Shown here piece after piece: positions 22,361-34,385 of a DNA stretch of 35,546 bases; positions within the stretch are counted from its first letter, which is position 1, and each line of letters opens with the position of its first letter. The notes below the pieces were generated by a model that did no database searches, was not told the origin of the DNA, and saw nothing but the letters and a program-made list of their open reading frames with translations. Origin of the DNA: Octopus bimaculoides (taxonomy: Eukaryota); contig NC_068996.1 of assembly GCF_001194135.2 (NCBI RefSeq), forward strand, positions 56,286,173 through 56,321,718, in the 5' to 3' direction. The translations under genes and the position numbers were made by a program.

Positions 22361-22375
22361 CATGCGCACATGTAT
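22160..22375. repeat. (CA)/(TA)/(TG) compound microsatellite
   Basis: Seen directly. Confidence 0.95.
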
Positions 22376-22659
22376 ATAGGGATGCGTATTTGTATTAACT
22401 TTTAAAATAAGTAAATTGAAAAAGGTTGCTTGAGAGTTATGAAATGTTAAAGAAGCTATTTCCGTTGGTGTCTAACCCCAAGAGATTTTCCAATTATGAC
22501 CATCCCGAATGTTAGCATCTCACCGTCTTAAAAAAACAAACAAGGCATGTTGGATAATGTTGTTTGTATATAAGAAAAAGACACGGTGGTCATATTTGGA
22601 ATATTTTTGCTCATAGGATCTGTTTGACCCGGAAAGTAAACAACAATTAGTTTTAATTT

Positions 22660-22850
22660 AGGTATAAGGCTAACTATTTTAAAGGGAGGGGTTAGTTAGT
22701 CGATACTATCAACTCTTTTACACGTTTGGTACTTTATTTTGTCAAGTACAGTATGGTAAAGTGGACCTGAGTGGAATTCGAACTCAGACCTTAAACTATC
22801 AGAATGAATATCAAGAGGAATATTTCTTACGTTCCAACGATTCTGCAAAT
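22660..22850 (-). mobile_element. Degenerate SINE family A
   Basis: gttagtcgatactatc...tggtactttatttt...aaagtggacctgagtggaattcgaactcaga. Confidence 0.55.
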
Positions 22851-22852
22851 CT

Positions 22853-22861
22853 CCCACCACC

Positions 22862-22893
<32 letters not shown>

Positions 22894-22950
22894 CAACAAC
22901 CACCACCACCACCACCACCAACCACCACCACCATCAACAACAACTGCAAT
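22853..22950. repeat. (CCA)n/(CAA)n compound trinucleotide repeat
   Basis: Seen directly. Confidence 0.95.
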
Positions 22951-23195
22951 AACGAAATTATAACGTGCACATGGTAACTTTCGTATATCCAGGAAAAATT
23001 TTGTCGGCTGATTTTCATAAATTCTCAATCTCCACGGTCATAGTCCTTTATCACGTATAACAATACGGAAATGACTAGGAAATTCCCTACCAAGGGAGAG
23101 AACCATTATTATGGAAACTAAAAGATGAGAGTTATGTCCCATAGTGAATGCAGGTATCGGGTGCGGCAATATATATTTTACCCATTATTAAAGCG

Positions 23196-23398
23196 TGGAT
23201 CCTTCTGATTTGGCGGGCACCATTTTTTTATCAATGTTTTATTTAGTGTGTTTTCTACCGAAACACTTTAAAACTTCGTATACTTGTATATTTTGTCTTG
23301 AGTAAAAGATGTTTTATATGACACATTCTACCAGTGTCCCAAGTTTGAAAGTGTTTCGTTAAGAAAACAATTGGCGCTCGCCAAATCAGAAAGATCCA
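23196..23398. mobile_element. Foldback MITE with terminal and subterminal inverted repeats
   Basis: tggatccttctgatttggcgggcaccatt (from 23196) versus the reverse complement of aattggcgctcgccaaatcagaaagatcca (to 23398); inner pair gttttctaccgaaacactttaaaactt / aagtttgaaagtgtttcgttaagaaaac. Confidence 0.75.
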
Positions 23399-23574
23399 AT
23401 ATATCTCTTCATTAAATTGTTAAAATCTAATGACCTTCTCTCTATGTTACCTTCCATCAATTAGATGCAGCCGACATAGTTATACATATATAGCAGTGAT
23501 TTTCAAGCTTTTATTTTAGTTCAGTGTCTTCTTTCACCAACAGCATTTTATAAACATTTCATGTGTACATAATA

Positions 23575-23790
23575 ATCCTTTCTACTGGAGGCACAAGGCC
23601 GAAAATCTGACGGGAGGAGACTAGTAGATTACATCAACCCGGTGTTTGACTGGTATTTAATTTATCGACCCTGAAAGGATGAAAGGCAAAGTCGACCTCG
23701 GCGGAATTTGAACTCAGAACGTAGTAACAAGCGAAATGCCGCTAAGCATTCCGTCCAGCATACTAACGGTTCTGCCTGCTCGCCGCCTTT
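23575..23790 (-). mobile_element. SINE family A, full length
   Basis: atcctttctactggaggcacaaggcc...gctcgccgccttt, with a short aataat tail at its left end. Confidence 0.9.
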
Positions 23791-23796
23791 CATATG

Positions 23797-23916
<120 letters not shown>

Positions 23917-24534
23917 ACTTCACCATTCAAACTGACAGAAAGATAGATGCAAATAGGCCAGACATCATACTGAAAGACTTCAGACAAAAATCATACCTCC
24001 TCATTGATATGACTGTCCCAATCGNNNNNNNNNNNNNNNNNNNNNNNNNNNNNNNNNNNNNNNNNNNNNNNNNNNNNNNNNNNNNNNNNNNNNNNNNNNN
24101 NNNNNNNNNNNNNNNNNNNNNNNNNNNNNNNNNNNNNNNNNNNNNNNNNNNNNNNNNNNNNNNNNNNNNNNNNNNNNNNNNNNNNNNNNNNNNNNNNNNN
24201 NNNNNNNNNNNNNNNNNNNNNNNNNNNNNNNNNNNNNNNNNNNNNNNNNNNNNNNNNNNNNNNNNNNNNNAAAATGGCTGAAGTTCAAAAGATAGTGCTC
24301 ATGGGAACTGCCCATATCCTACGTAAAATACTGTCTATGTGATCTCAAATTTTAAAACAAACACATAATTTTCTTATGGTTTCTTAAACATTCTCTGGAA
24401 CAAAACTGTACAAATCCAAATATATGGTACCCTAGGCATAACACCTACATGAACTTCTAACTTGTTGTCTCTTGAGGTCTCTGGGTGAAACTTGGATCCA
24501 ACTTGTACAAATGCAAAGCAAAAGTCAAACATAG
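23917..24534 (+). mobile_element. R4/Dong-like retrotransposon, 5'-truncated: restriction-like endonuclease (RLE) domain and 3' UTR
   Basis: FTIQTDRKIDANRPDIILKDFRQKSYLLIDMTVPI (RPD..D motif), N-gap, then KMAEVQKIVLMGTAHILRKILSM* (stop 24340-24342); AAT arrays on both sides. Confidence 0.9.
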
Positions 24535-24547
24535 AATAATAATAATG

Positions 24548-24606
<59 letters not shown>
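24535..24606. repeat. (AAT)n array shared by the Dong-like 3' end and the Tx1-like 3' end
   Basis: Seen directly. Confidence 0.98.
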
Positions 24607-24608
<2 letters not shown>

Positions 24609-27180
24609 CTTCTTTTATTGGCCACAAGGGCCGAATACAGAACAAATTGGAACAATACAATACAAGGGACAAGTGGTGTTGAACAATGCCGTGTATACAA
24701 TAAGTAACAAAAAAATAACAAAATTTAATAAGAATTCCCCAAAAGCAGGGAGTTCCTCACAGGGACAACTGCAGAACCCCACACACCCTGGTTATCCTGA
24801 CCACCAAGTGGACCTCAGTAGGCGCCTCTCTCCTCAACTCAGATTTACAAACGAATGTTCAGAGTAGATGCACCCAGCTTTCAGCAAATTTACTGAGGGT
24901 TAGAACTTCCCTCTCTACCCTCATTGGGACTTTAAAAAGTCAATGAGGGCTTGGCCGAAGAGGAAAGTATCTGTCGTCAGTCCTTTCAATCTCGTCCACC
25001 ACACTACCTTCTTCGCCATAGCCACCAGACAGAAGTAAACTGCCTTTCCTTCCCAGCTAAAGGATGGCAGCGATCTTCACGATGGATTCGGCTGATAACC
25101 GGATCCGTCCTACACGTGATAACAGTTGTCCGACAAAGCTCCACAAGTCAGTAATGCACGGACACTGGACGAGTGCGTGCATGACGGTTTCGTCGCCCTG
25201 CGCACCCCTCAGACAGATCCATCTGGCAGCACTTCCGTGTCTGTAGAGTTTGTCTCGAACCGTCATAGCTCCCCGGTAGCACTGCCAGGCTAGAGATTTC
25301 TGGAAGTTATCCATAAGCCCCAGCCCGAAANNNNNNNNNNTGATCCTTTCCAACGCCCAGAGCTTCCCCAAAGATGCCATCACTCTTTCCCGCCACTAAT
25401 CCCCTATAGAACTCCATAGCGGAACTTCCACCGACCGAGTTGTCCGACAGGTAGAAAGCTAGCGCTTTCCTACACTTCAGGTGCCAAACGCCTTATTTGG
25501 TCTACGTTTGATCCAGGACTGTAGCGCCGTCAACGAGATGAGCTGCAGAAAATCTTGCTTGACAAACGGCGACCACACCTGGTCACCGTTAAGAAAATGT
25601 TGGAGATGTTGTAGCCTCAGTGCGTGTCTGCGCATCATTAGCCACGGCATGCCCAGTCCTCCACTCAGCGGTTGTTGACAGCTGTCTGACGAGTGGAAAA
25701 GTATGCGCTCCAGCTTGGTCAGCCATGAAGCAGTGCAAGGGACGACGGTCAGGTGGTAATAGATGACGGAAGCGATGTACGCATTCGCCACCTCCAACCG
25801 ACCTTTCAGGGATAGTTTCTTCTCTGCCCATTTTTGGGTGAGACGGACAGCCCAACTCGTCACATCCCATAAGAACTGGTGGGATGTGACCAAACCAGAC
25901 CCCGAGCAATTTAACCGGTTCTTCTGTCCAGCGCCAACGACTTCTCCTGATTAAATTTTGCTCCTGTCATCACTTCGTACCCCCTTAAGGCAGAGCCGAT
26001 CACCTCAATTTCCGAGTTGTATAAGGTCGGGGATTTTTTCCATGTTTTCCGGCTTCACAAGGAGCAGGATTTCAATGGTTATCCAGGACCAGTTTTCCTT
26101 GCTGCTCCGTTTCACTACTAGAAGTGACTCCGAATCCTCTACCACGCACGCTATGATCCATCAGACGTTCACGCCTGGTATGTTTATTCTGGCAGTTCTT
26201 TTTGAGAGGTAGGTTGGGTACAGGACTCACTCCTCACTCCATCGAGGCGTTACTGCATGTTTACGTGCAAGTTTCTCACTTGTGAAGAGGACTTCGATGC
26301 TGGCATTTTGCCTGCCTCTTTGTAAGTGGGCCACGTCTTCTAAGATGTCCTTCAGAATCTCCTACACTTTATATATAGATGCTATTTCTACTCGCCTGCT
26401 CTAACGCGCGACATATTTAAAATAAATAGTTTTTTCTTTCATTTCCAACAATTCAGGAGGTACAAGAACCGCTGCTTCATCCCACTCAATTTCTATGAAT
26501 TCTTGGCTTGGGCCAATTCTTTTACCTCTTCATTCAGGGTCAGCGGAAACATTTCTTTTTTAAAGCTGGCTTCGTCGGAAATTTTAAAAAAATTCGTGGA
26601 GTTATTGTTGTGGTCGGAGTTCTTTTCGTTATTTAATTTTGTCTTTGATTTGATGATTTCTGTTTCGCAGGTGTCAATCGTGTTCGTTGTGGTCTTGCTC
26701 TAATTTTTACTCTCTTCTTTCTCTCTCTTTTCCGTCTTCGCATTTCTGCTGTTCTTGCAGCTGATTTCACATGCTCCGCGAGCTCTCACGTTGCTTAGGC
26801 TGTTGTTGTTGTCGCTGGGAGTGAGTGATATGAGGTGGGGGATTTTCTTCTGTGGGTGGGTTAGTGGGAGAAACGGCTTTCCCCCTCAACGCTCCCATGA
26901 TGGTCGCTGATGCCGATGGTGATGTAGATGATGACGACGCCATCTTGTGTGTTCATTTTTTTTTTACACAAGATGGGGCATTTTCTAAGTGCAATAGATA
27001 ATAAAACGAATAAATTCTGGGGCAGAAACAACCACCAAACACCTGTCAAAAGGCTCCAGGTGTTCTTATTGTCAGTTTATAGCAAGAATTTATGAGATAT
27101 TTATAAAGACAGGGTGAAAAACATATTTTAACGCATAACTTACGAAGCATGTTCGTAAGAACGTCTTACGTATTCCGTAG

Positions 27181-27181
<1 letters not shown>
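24607..27181 (-). mobile_element. L1/Tx1-like LINE, copy 1: 5' UTR and ORF1 N-half joined to the RT C-half (internal deletion), zinc-knuckle region and 3' UTR
   Basis: ATG at 26943 (caagATGGCG; MASSSSTSPS..); decayed ORF1-like frame ends VKPENMEKIPDLIQL at ~26020 and abuts SEIEVIGSALRGYEVMTGAKFNQEKS..LLGVWFG..LSLKGRLEVAN..GGLGMPWL..CLRGAQGDETVMHALVQCP; stop ~24845. ORF1 identity and the 5' boundary are less certain than the ORF2 part. Confidence 0.75.

Positions 27182-27247
<66 letters not shown>
27182..27247. repeat. (AAT)n array
   Basis: Seen directly. Confidence 0.98.
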
Positions 27248-27250
<3 letters not shown>

Positions 27251-27759
27251 ATGTCCTGATACCTCTCATGGCTTCTGATCTTAATTGATTGGAAGTGTTA
27301 CCATGTACATGTTTTGTCTTGGTATAAAAGATGGGCTACAGCAAATATTCTGCTTAATACCACAGATTTGCTTGTCAGTTGTTTGACCTTAACCAGTTGA
27401 GCATGCCCCTTGGTGGCTGACGATATGTGCATCTCTGAGCAGAAGTAGTGGGGGAGCATCATAGCCATGTGTTGAGAGGAATTCTTTGAGGTTTGAATAA
27501 TTCACCTCTGGATACATCATTAAACAACCCTTATTCAGGGACCTTTTGAGCGGAATGGGGTACTCGACCTGACGAAAATTCTAACTGGGCCCCATCTGCA
27601 AAGTCATGCGCTGTTTATCTTGATATTTGATCGCCACATATGGTTGTGATGTATGTGCCTGGTGTACCCTTATCAGACGGGTAGTCATGATGGGTATAAT
27701 GGACTTCATATATTTGTACCCCAGTGTCACTTTGATGGCATACACAGCTCTCTCACTCA
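27248..27759. mobile_element. ~510-bp non-coding interspersed repeat, copy B, inserted in a trinucleotide array
   Basis: Colinear with 1-498; (AAT)n on the left, (TAC)n(GAT)n(AAT)n on the right. Confidence 0.85.
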
Positions 27760-27760
27760 A

Positions 27761-27824
<64 letters not shown>

Positions 27825-27831
27825 GATGATG

Positions 27832-27887
<56 letters not shown>
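27760..27887. repeat. (TAC)n-(GAT)n-(AAT)n compound array
   Basis: Seen directly. Confidence 0.98.
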
Positions 27888-29150
27888 CGTTTCTTTATTG
27901 GCCACAGGGGTCGAACACAAATCAAATAAAGACGATACAATACAAGGGACAAATGAGGCGAGGAACAATGCTAAGTATACAATAAATAGCAAAAACAATT
28001 AACAAACCAGTTAAACAATAATAATTTCCCAAAAGGGAAAAGTACCTCACAGAGACAACCAAGTGACCCCATACATTCTGGTTATCCCGACTGCTAGATG
28101 CATCTCAGCAGACGCCTATCTCCTTCTCAATTCCTCAGGTTTAGAAACGAATGTTCAGAGCAGGTCCATGCACACGGGCCATCCTCGCCACATGCACCCA
28201 CCTTTCCAAAAATTTACTGAGGGTTAGAACTTCCTTCTCTACCCTCACTTTTCTTTTCAAGCAGAACTTTAAAAAGTCGATGAGAGGTTGGCCGAAGAGG
28301 AAAGTATCTGTCTTCAGTGCTTTCAATCTCGTCCACCACACTACCTTATTCGCCATAGCCACCAGACAGAAGTAAACTGCCTTTCCTTCCCGGCCAAAGG
28401 GTGGCAGCGATCTTTATGACAGACTCGGCTGATAACCAGATTCGTCCTACATGCGATAACAGCTGTCCGACAAAGCTCCACAAGTCAGTAATGCCCGGAC
28501 ACTGGACGAGTGCGTGCATGACGGTTTCGTCGCCCTGCGCACCCCTCAGACAAGTCCATCTGACAGTACATCCGTCACTACAGTTTGTCTCGAACTGGCA
28601 GAGTTCTTTGATAGCACTGTCAGGCCAGGGATTTCTGGAAGTTATCCGAAAGTCCTCCGACCCCCCCCCCCNNNNNNNNNNNNNNNNNNNNNNNNNNNNN
28701 NNNNNNNNNNNNNNNNNNNNNNNNNNNNNNNNNNNNNNNNNNNNNNNNNNNNNNNNNNNNNNNNNNNNNNNNNNNNNNNNNNNNNNNNNNNNNNNNNNNN
28801 NNNNNNNNNNNNNNNNNNNNNNNNNNNNNNNNNNNNNNNNNNNNNNNAGTTAATCGATCCCTCCCAACGCCCAGAGTTTCCCCGAGGACGTTGTCGTTCT
28901 TGCCCGCCACTAACCCCCTATAGAACTTCATGGTGGAACTTCCACCGACCGCATTGCCCGACTGGCAGAAAGCTGTGAGCGCTTGCCGATACTCCAGGTG
29001 CCAAGCGCCTTTTCCTGGTTTACGCTTGATCCAGGATTGTAGCTCTGTCAATGAGACGAGCTGTGGAAAATCCTACCTGACAAACGGTGACCACACCTAC
29101 TCACCGTTAAGAAAGTGCTGGAGATGCTGCAACCTCAACGCAAATATGTG
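27888..29150 (-). mobile_element. L1/Tx1-like LINE, copy 2, 5'-truncated 3' end
   Basis: LRLQHLQHFL..WIKRKPGKGAWHLEYRQAL..DETVMHALVQCP..VVWWTRLKALKTDTFL..RKVRVEKEVL..ERWVHVARM; 3' UTR ends cctgtggccaataaagaaacg then (ATT)n. Confidence 0.85.
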
Positions 29151-30424
29151 GTCTGTAGCAAACAAGTTGATGTAGACCAGAAGCACACCCATCAGTGGCC
29201 ATGTAACCGAATTATGCCCACCCCCAAAATTACTGGCCTTCTGCCAAAATTTGAAACCATTATTATTTTTTCTTCTTTTTCTTTTGAAAATGTGTTTGAA
29301 ATATAAGTTTTAAGCGCAAAGACCACTCATGGCGCCCCACCACCTTGCCATTCCACTATACTCCCAAAGGAAATATTGCTTAGGTGTCTTCAAAACAATG
29401 CTACATTGTGGTATCTACGTAGTTAGAAGGACGGTGGCGCGCTATGATGCGTATTCTGAAACAGGGGTTTTGGACCGTTGACATTTCAATAAAATATGTA
29501 TGCTGTGTCAGAAATAGAAAGCGAACCTCAAACCTGCCGTCTCAATAAGTAATACACTATCAACAAGTTAATTGGCAATGTTCTGTAAACATACAAAACT
29601 GTAACAAGGAATTACTTTTATAATCTATGCGAATAACAACAAATGAACGGATTAAAACAGAGATTTGCCTCAAGAAACAGGTATCAAATAATCTGATTAA
29701 CACTTACAACATCTTTACTGGAAGCAAAACTTATACAAGTATGACAAGATGAGAAACTCTCTTCCCTGGCAAAATTGTCTTTCTACCTGTTTATCCATCT
29801 ACATACTTATATATATATATATATATATNNNNNNNNNNNNNNNNNNNNNNNNNNNNNNNNNNNNNNNNNNNNNNNNNNNNNNNNNNNNNNNNNNNNNNNN
29901 NNNNNNNNNNNNNNNNNNNNNNNNNNNNNNNNNNNNNNNNNNNNNNNNNNNNNNNNNNNNNNNNNNNNNNNNNNNNNNNNNNNNNNNNNNNNNNNNNNNN
30001 NNNNNNNNNNNNNNNNNNNATATATATATATATACACACAGCTAATCTAAATATAATATTTTATTAAAATGAAAGTTAACACATTTAATGTAGGAACTTA
30101 AGAAATTTTAATAATTCTCTTTCTTTTAATTCTTTGAACATATCTCATGGCGATATGAATGGTTTCTTACTCAGAAATATCGCTTTATTACAGGAATATA
30201 AACAATAAATAGCTACATGCGAAATTTAGTAAAAAAATCTTTGATATTTTTGCTGTTCCAATGATGGATTTCATTTTCAGAATTCTTGTTAGAAGGTCAT
30301 TTTTGGTGTTGATGCTGACGCTGTTGTTGTCAGAGAATCCAAATCTTCAAAATTATTTCTAAACCATTAGTAGTTGATACAGTTAAATGCACCAATAACT
30401 ACAGGAACAATACTCTTTAACTTT

Positions 30425-33400
30425 TCAGCTAGTTTCAGCTCGAGAGTTGCGGCCAGGCCGGGGCACCTCCGTTAGTTTTGCTAGTCTTTCACCACTTGAA
30501 ACCTCCTCTCATATGTGGCATTTAGTGGAAGAAGGAATTTGATGCTATTGCCCTCATTTACGTTTCCTGCCGTTTGGTAGGCTCATCCGGAACTCTTGAC
30601 AATGAGGAGATCCAGTTCTGTTTTGAAGACACCTACATTCACCCCATGCAGGGGTGAATGAGAAGATATTGAAGAACAGCGGGTCCATGAAAGTAAAGCT
30701 CTTGCAGTATCTGGTCCAGTGTTTTGAGAGCGATGTTGGGATATTTGTCAGTGGCACCTCGCTCTGCTGTTTGCGTAACTTTCAATGCCAAGGTTTGGTA
30801 CACGTCCTTTTATGATTTTCATAACTTTTCTGCCTTCGTTCTAGGGAGTAAAGTCTTAAATTTTTCAGTCTCTCCCAGTAGCTGATATGTCACTTTGAGA
30901 CGAATCTCTTTGTGTAACTTCGCTTGATTGCTTCAAGTTCCGCCGTTAACTTTACACTGTGTGGTGACCGTAGTAGTGTAAGAGCAATATTGTAAACCAG
31001 TGCTCCGCAACCTTTTTTTTTTCATTTGCGGCACACTTAAGTTCTTTTCAAAATTTGACGGCACACCTGAACTAAAAACGTAACTAAAAGTATAGGGAAA
31101 AAATAGTATTCAGTTTACATTGTGGCACATCTAACATCGTCTCATGGCACACCAGTATGTCACAGCATACCGGTTGCGGGGCACTGGTCTAAACGACTAA
31201 GGACTATTTGTTCTCTGACTTTACGATATGTAAAGTCAGAAAAATAGACCTATAAATTTTAGCATCTGATCTACTTCCTCCTTTGTGGCTAGGGCATATT
31301 ATTCTCTCCTTCAGTTTGCCTGGAAGCTTACCACTAGCAAGGAAGCTCTGGAAAAGAAGCTGTAATAGTTTTGCAAGGTCTTGTTTGCATGATTTAAGAA
31401 GGATTGCTGGGAATCCATCAGGACCAGCAGCTGAGCTTGCGTCTATCGCATCTATATCCAGTATTAGATCTTTAATGTCGATCTAATCAATTATTACTGT
31501 CTCCTTGGTTACAGGTGAAGTGGTGAAGAACTCAGCTGATTCGTTCACTTGCCTGTGTCTTAAAGTAGTAGTGGAAACGCTTTTGAACTGCTCGTTCAGT
31601 ATTTCACTTATTTTCATTGGGTTCCCTGAGAGGGGACTTTCCTTTTGGAAGAGGGCTCCTATATTGTAGCATACTGAAGCCGTTTCTTTGGAAAAGTTAA
31701 AGAAAACTTTAGGCTTTGACTTAATATCTTTTATAACCCAGGTCTCTTTGTCTGCCCTCTCTTTTTCATGGGACTAAAGCAATTTTTTCTCTATCTCCAA
31801 CAGCATTCTTTTCAGGCGGAGCTTTTCATTATTTTTGAGATGTTTGTTCAGGTGGTTTACAATCTTTGTTATTGCCTCATAAGGGATCTTGTCTTTGTGT
31901 GTGTTAGCATTGTGCTCTGGGACGGCTTGCATTACGGACATGAAATGTTTGAGTCTCGAGTTAGAGTCTGGTGTGAAGATGCATTTAAACTAATACTGTT
32001 TGTGGATTTCTTTCAGAATCGATTTCCAGGCTGGAGAGATCTCGGTTGAGCAGGAGACTCCACCTGCGATTGTTGGCAGTGTGTCATTCCCGAAAACATG
32101 AGTCCTTCGGGCCATCCCACATAACGGAAGTTGAAGTCACCCACAAGGAATACACTAATGTGTTGTTCTAGTTTGATGAGAGCTCCTGTTTTTGCGAAGC
32201 AGTCCTCAAACTCGCCTGTGTGATGTGGAGCATCTTGTAAGCGAATGTTGTACACATCACAATATCAAGTTATGTGTATCATTTGAGTGTCACATAGTGA
32301 ATTTGAATATGACAGCAGGATCTGGGGCTTGGGGTCTTCACAGATGTATCATGTGAAACTCCACTGTGACTTCTTTCTTTTCAGTCCGTTCGTATTACAA
32401 CATACTTTGGTATGTGTAATTCTGCATCCCCTATTCAGGTCTGAGATGCGTTTCCACAAGTGTTATGCATCGAGCTTGATTGCGTGTATCACGGTCTCTC
32501 AAGAAAGAGATTTTTTGTTTTGCTGTTGAGGTGCAACTGACCTCCGATATTCAGTAGAAATATTGGTGTGACGCCTGTGTTAGTGTTAGCAATGGTCATC
32601 CTGTATATATTGACTGTGGATACCTCGTATAATGGTAGTTATGGTTCCAAGTCTGTGCTTGACGTAGCCAGGTCGGCTGTTGCAAAATATTTTGTACCAG
32701 CTGCTGCACTTTACACATCTGGGTGAAGCTGGTTGTTTGGAGTAAAGCACACTAGGTCTACACTTCGTCTTTTACGTGAAGACTGTGTGTATGTTCTTCC
32801 TCTTTGGTGCCTCTCTTTTCTTCTGGAAAGAAGTTCTGATTCAGATTCGGGCCCGTTGCACTTTTGGCAGGGCTTCTGATATGCAAAACAGCAGTTTGCA
32901 CCACCGTCTCGATGCCAGCAGTTTCCTTGCTGGTATAATCTGTATTTGTTTCTATTTTTGCAACTTCTATTTCTTTTGCCCACATTGTTGCAAGTCTTCT
33001 TCTTTTGCTCTAAAGTTTGTTTTTCGCCTGTATTTTAGACGTTTCACTGGAAACTCCACATATGGCTTGTCCGGGTTGTTCTCTGTAATGGTTTACCTTG
33101 AAGGCTATACATTTTGTGCTTTCTTTCTTTTCTTTTTCTCCGCTCTTCGTTATTACTGGAAGCTTTCGTTTAGTCATTGATTTGTTTATTCTTCCCTTTT
33201 CAACCCTTTAATCCCTTCGGCCGTTTACATTAGGAGGGAAAGTGGTAGGGCCAATATCATGTGTTTCTTTTGTTAGCAGATTGCTCAGTCGAGGCTTCAG
33301 TTTCGTTCTTTTGAGGGTTTGCTGGGCCCGGGAGACTTTTCTGTTCCTTTTCAGTTACTCCACCCTTCTTATCATCCTTGCTGCAGTTGTTTCTCACGAT

Positions 33401-33540
33401 GTTGATCTGAGGTTTAATGAGGGCATAGGAACAGAAGAATTCCATTTTCTTCCTCTCTATCTGGGCCGTAGTTCTGGTGAAACCATTACTCTTTAGTTTT
33501 ACTTGCAGGATTGCCGTTTGCAAATCTCCAGGTTCGCATT
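30425..33540 (-). mobile_element. CR1-like LINE, near full span but decayed, with the RT core deleted
   Basis: ORF1-like YQQGNCWHRDGGANCCFAYQKPCQKC (~32850-32960); APE LNIGG, VETHL, RTD*KKRSHSGV, GDFN; RT start SAAGPDGFPAILLKSC..HKGGSRS..YR; C-terminus SYWERLKNLRLYSLERR..DPLFFNI; tail ggtgccccggcctggccgcaactctcgagctgaaac. Confidence 0.85.
30998..31186. mobile_element. hAT (Charlie/Buster-type) MITE
   Basis: TIRs cagtgctccgcaacc / ggttgcggggcactg (14/15); flanking 8-mers TTGTAAAC and GTCTAAAC, both nnnTAnnn. Confidence 0.8.
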
Positions 33541-33900
33541 AAAAAATTGCAGATCCTTGATTCTCAAATTTCGCGCCATCAGAGGGAGGGAGGGAGAGAA
33601 AGAAAGAGAGAGAGGGGGGGAGAGAAAGAAAGAGAGAGAGGGGGGAGAGAAAGGGGGGATTGTATAGATATATATAGACATGCGCGTGTATGTACATCTA
33701 CACAAACATAAGTCTATAGGAAGTGAGAGATATAATGAAAGAAGAGAAAAGATCTTAGCTGGGAGATCAATGTGTGTGTGTGTGTGTGTGTGTTTGTGCG
33801 CGTGCGCGCGCATATTAATATTTTGCTTAAGCATTGCGAGACTAATAACCTGGTGTAGAGTTCATGTCCTTCAGAAAGAGAGGCCAGTCGAGTACTGAGC

Positions 33901-34207
33901 GATAAGAAATTGGGATGACAAGAGAAATAAACAGTCGTGTTATGAAATTCATTAGCTTACAGCTGTTTCTGCAATAAGACGCAATGCGCTGATAGTCGAA
34001 TGCCCGAATAACATCCTATAGCTTCATCAGAGTTTCAAGCACGAAAGCATTTCATGTCTAACACTAAAAAGTATTACTCAAGCTATAAAGCTGAAGCTAT
34101 AAAGTATTACTCAAGCATTCAACTATAAATGTATTGCGTCTTCTGGTAGAAACAGCTGTAAGTTTATAACACAATTGTTTATTTCTTTTGTCATCCCAAT
34201 TTCTTAT
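33901..34207. repeat. Inverted repeat (~130-bp arms) carrying two hammerhead-like motifs
   Basis: ataagaaattgggatgacaa.agaaataaaca..gtgttat..cttacagctgtttc on the left mirrors 34149-34207; the homology runs through the ribozyme bodies. Confidence 0.85.
33954..34034 (-). ncRNA. Type I hammerhead ribozyme motif with intact core and extended stem II
   Basis: aact-CTGATGA-a-gctatagga..tcttattgc-a-GAAACAGCTGT-A-agct: canonical core; stem II 8/9 paired (one G-U); palindromic stem III. Confidence 0.7.
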
Positions 34208-34385
34208 GTATGTATGTATTTATGTATGTATGTATGTATGTATGTATGTATGTATGTGTGTGTGTATGTATGTATGTATATATGTATGTGTGTGTATGTA
34301 TGTATGTATATATGTGTGTGTGTATGTATGTGTATGCATGTATGTATGTATGTGTGTGTGTGTATGTATGAATGTATGTATGTAT
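34205..34385. repeat. (TATG)n/(TG)n microsatellite
   Basis: Seen directly. Confidence 0.95.

Noticed and set aside
21234-22405. Many overlapping YVCM/HTHT ORFs (also 5855-6409, 22696-23028, 34175-34549)
   Set aside because: Translations of microsatellites with no coding signal.
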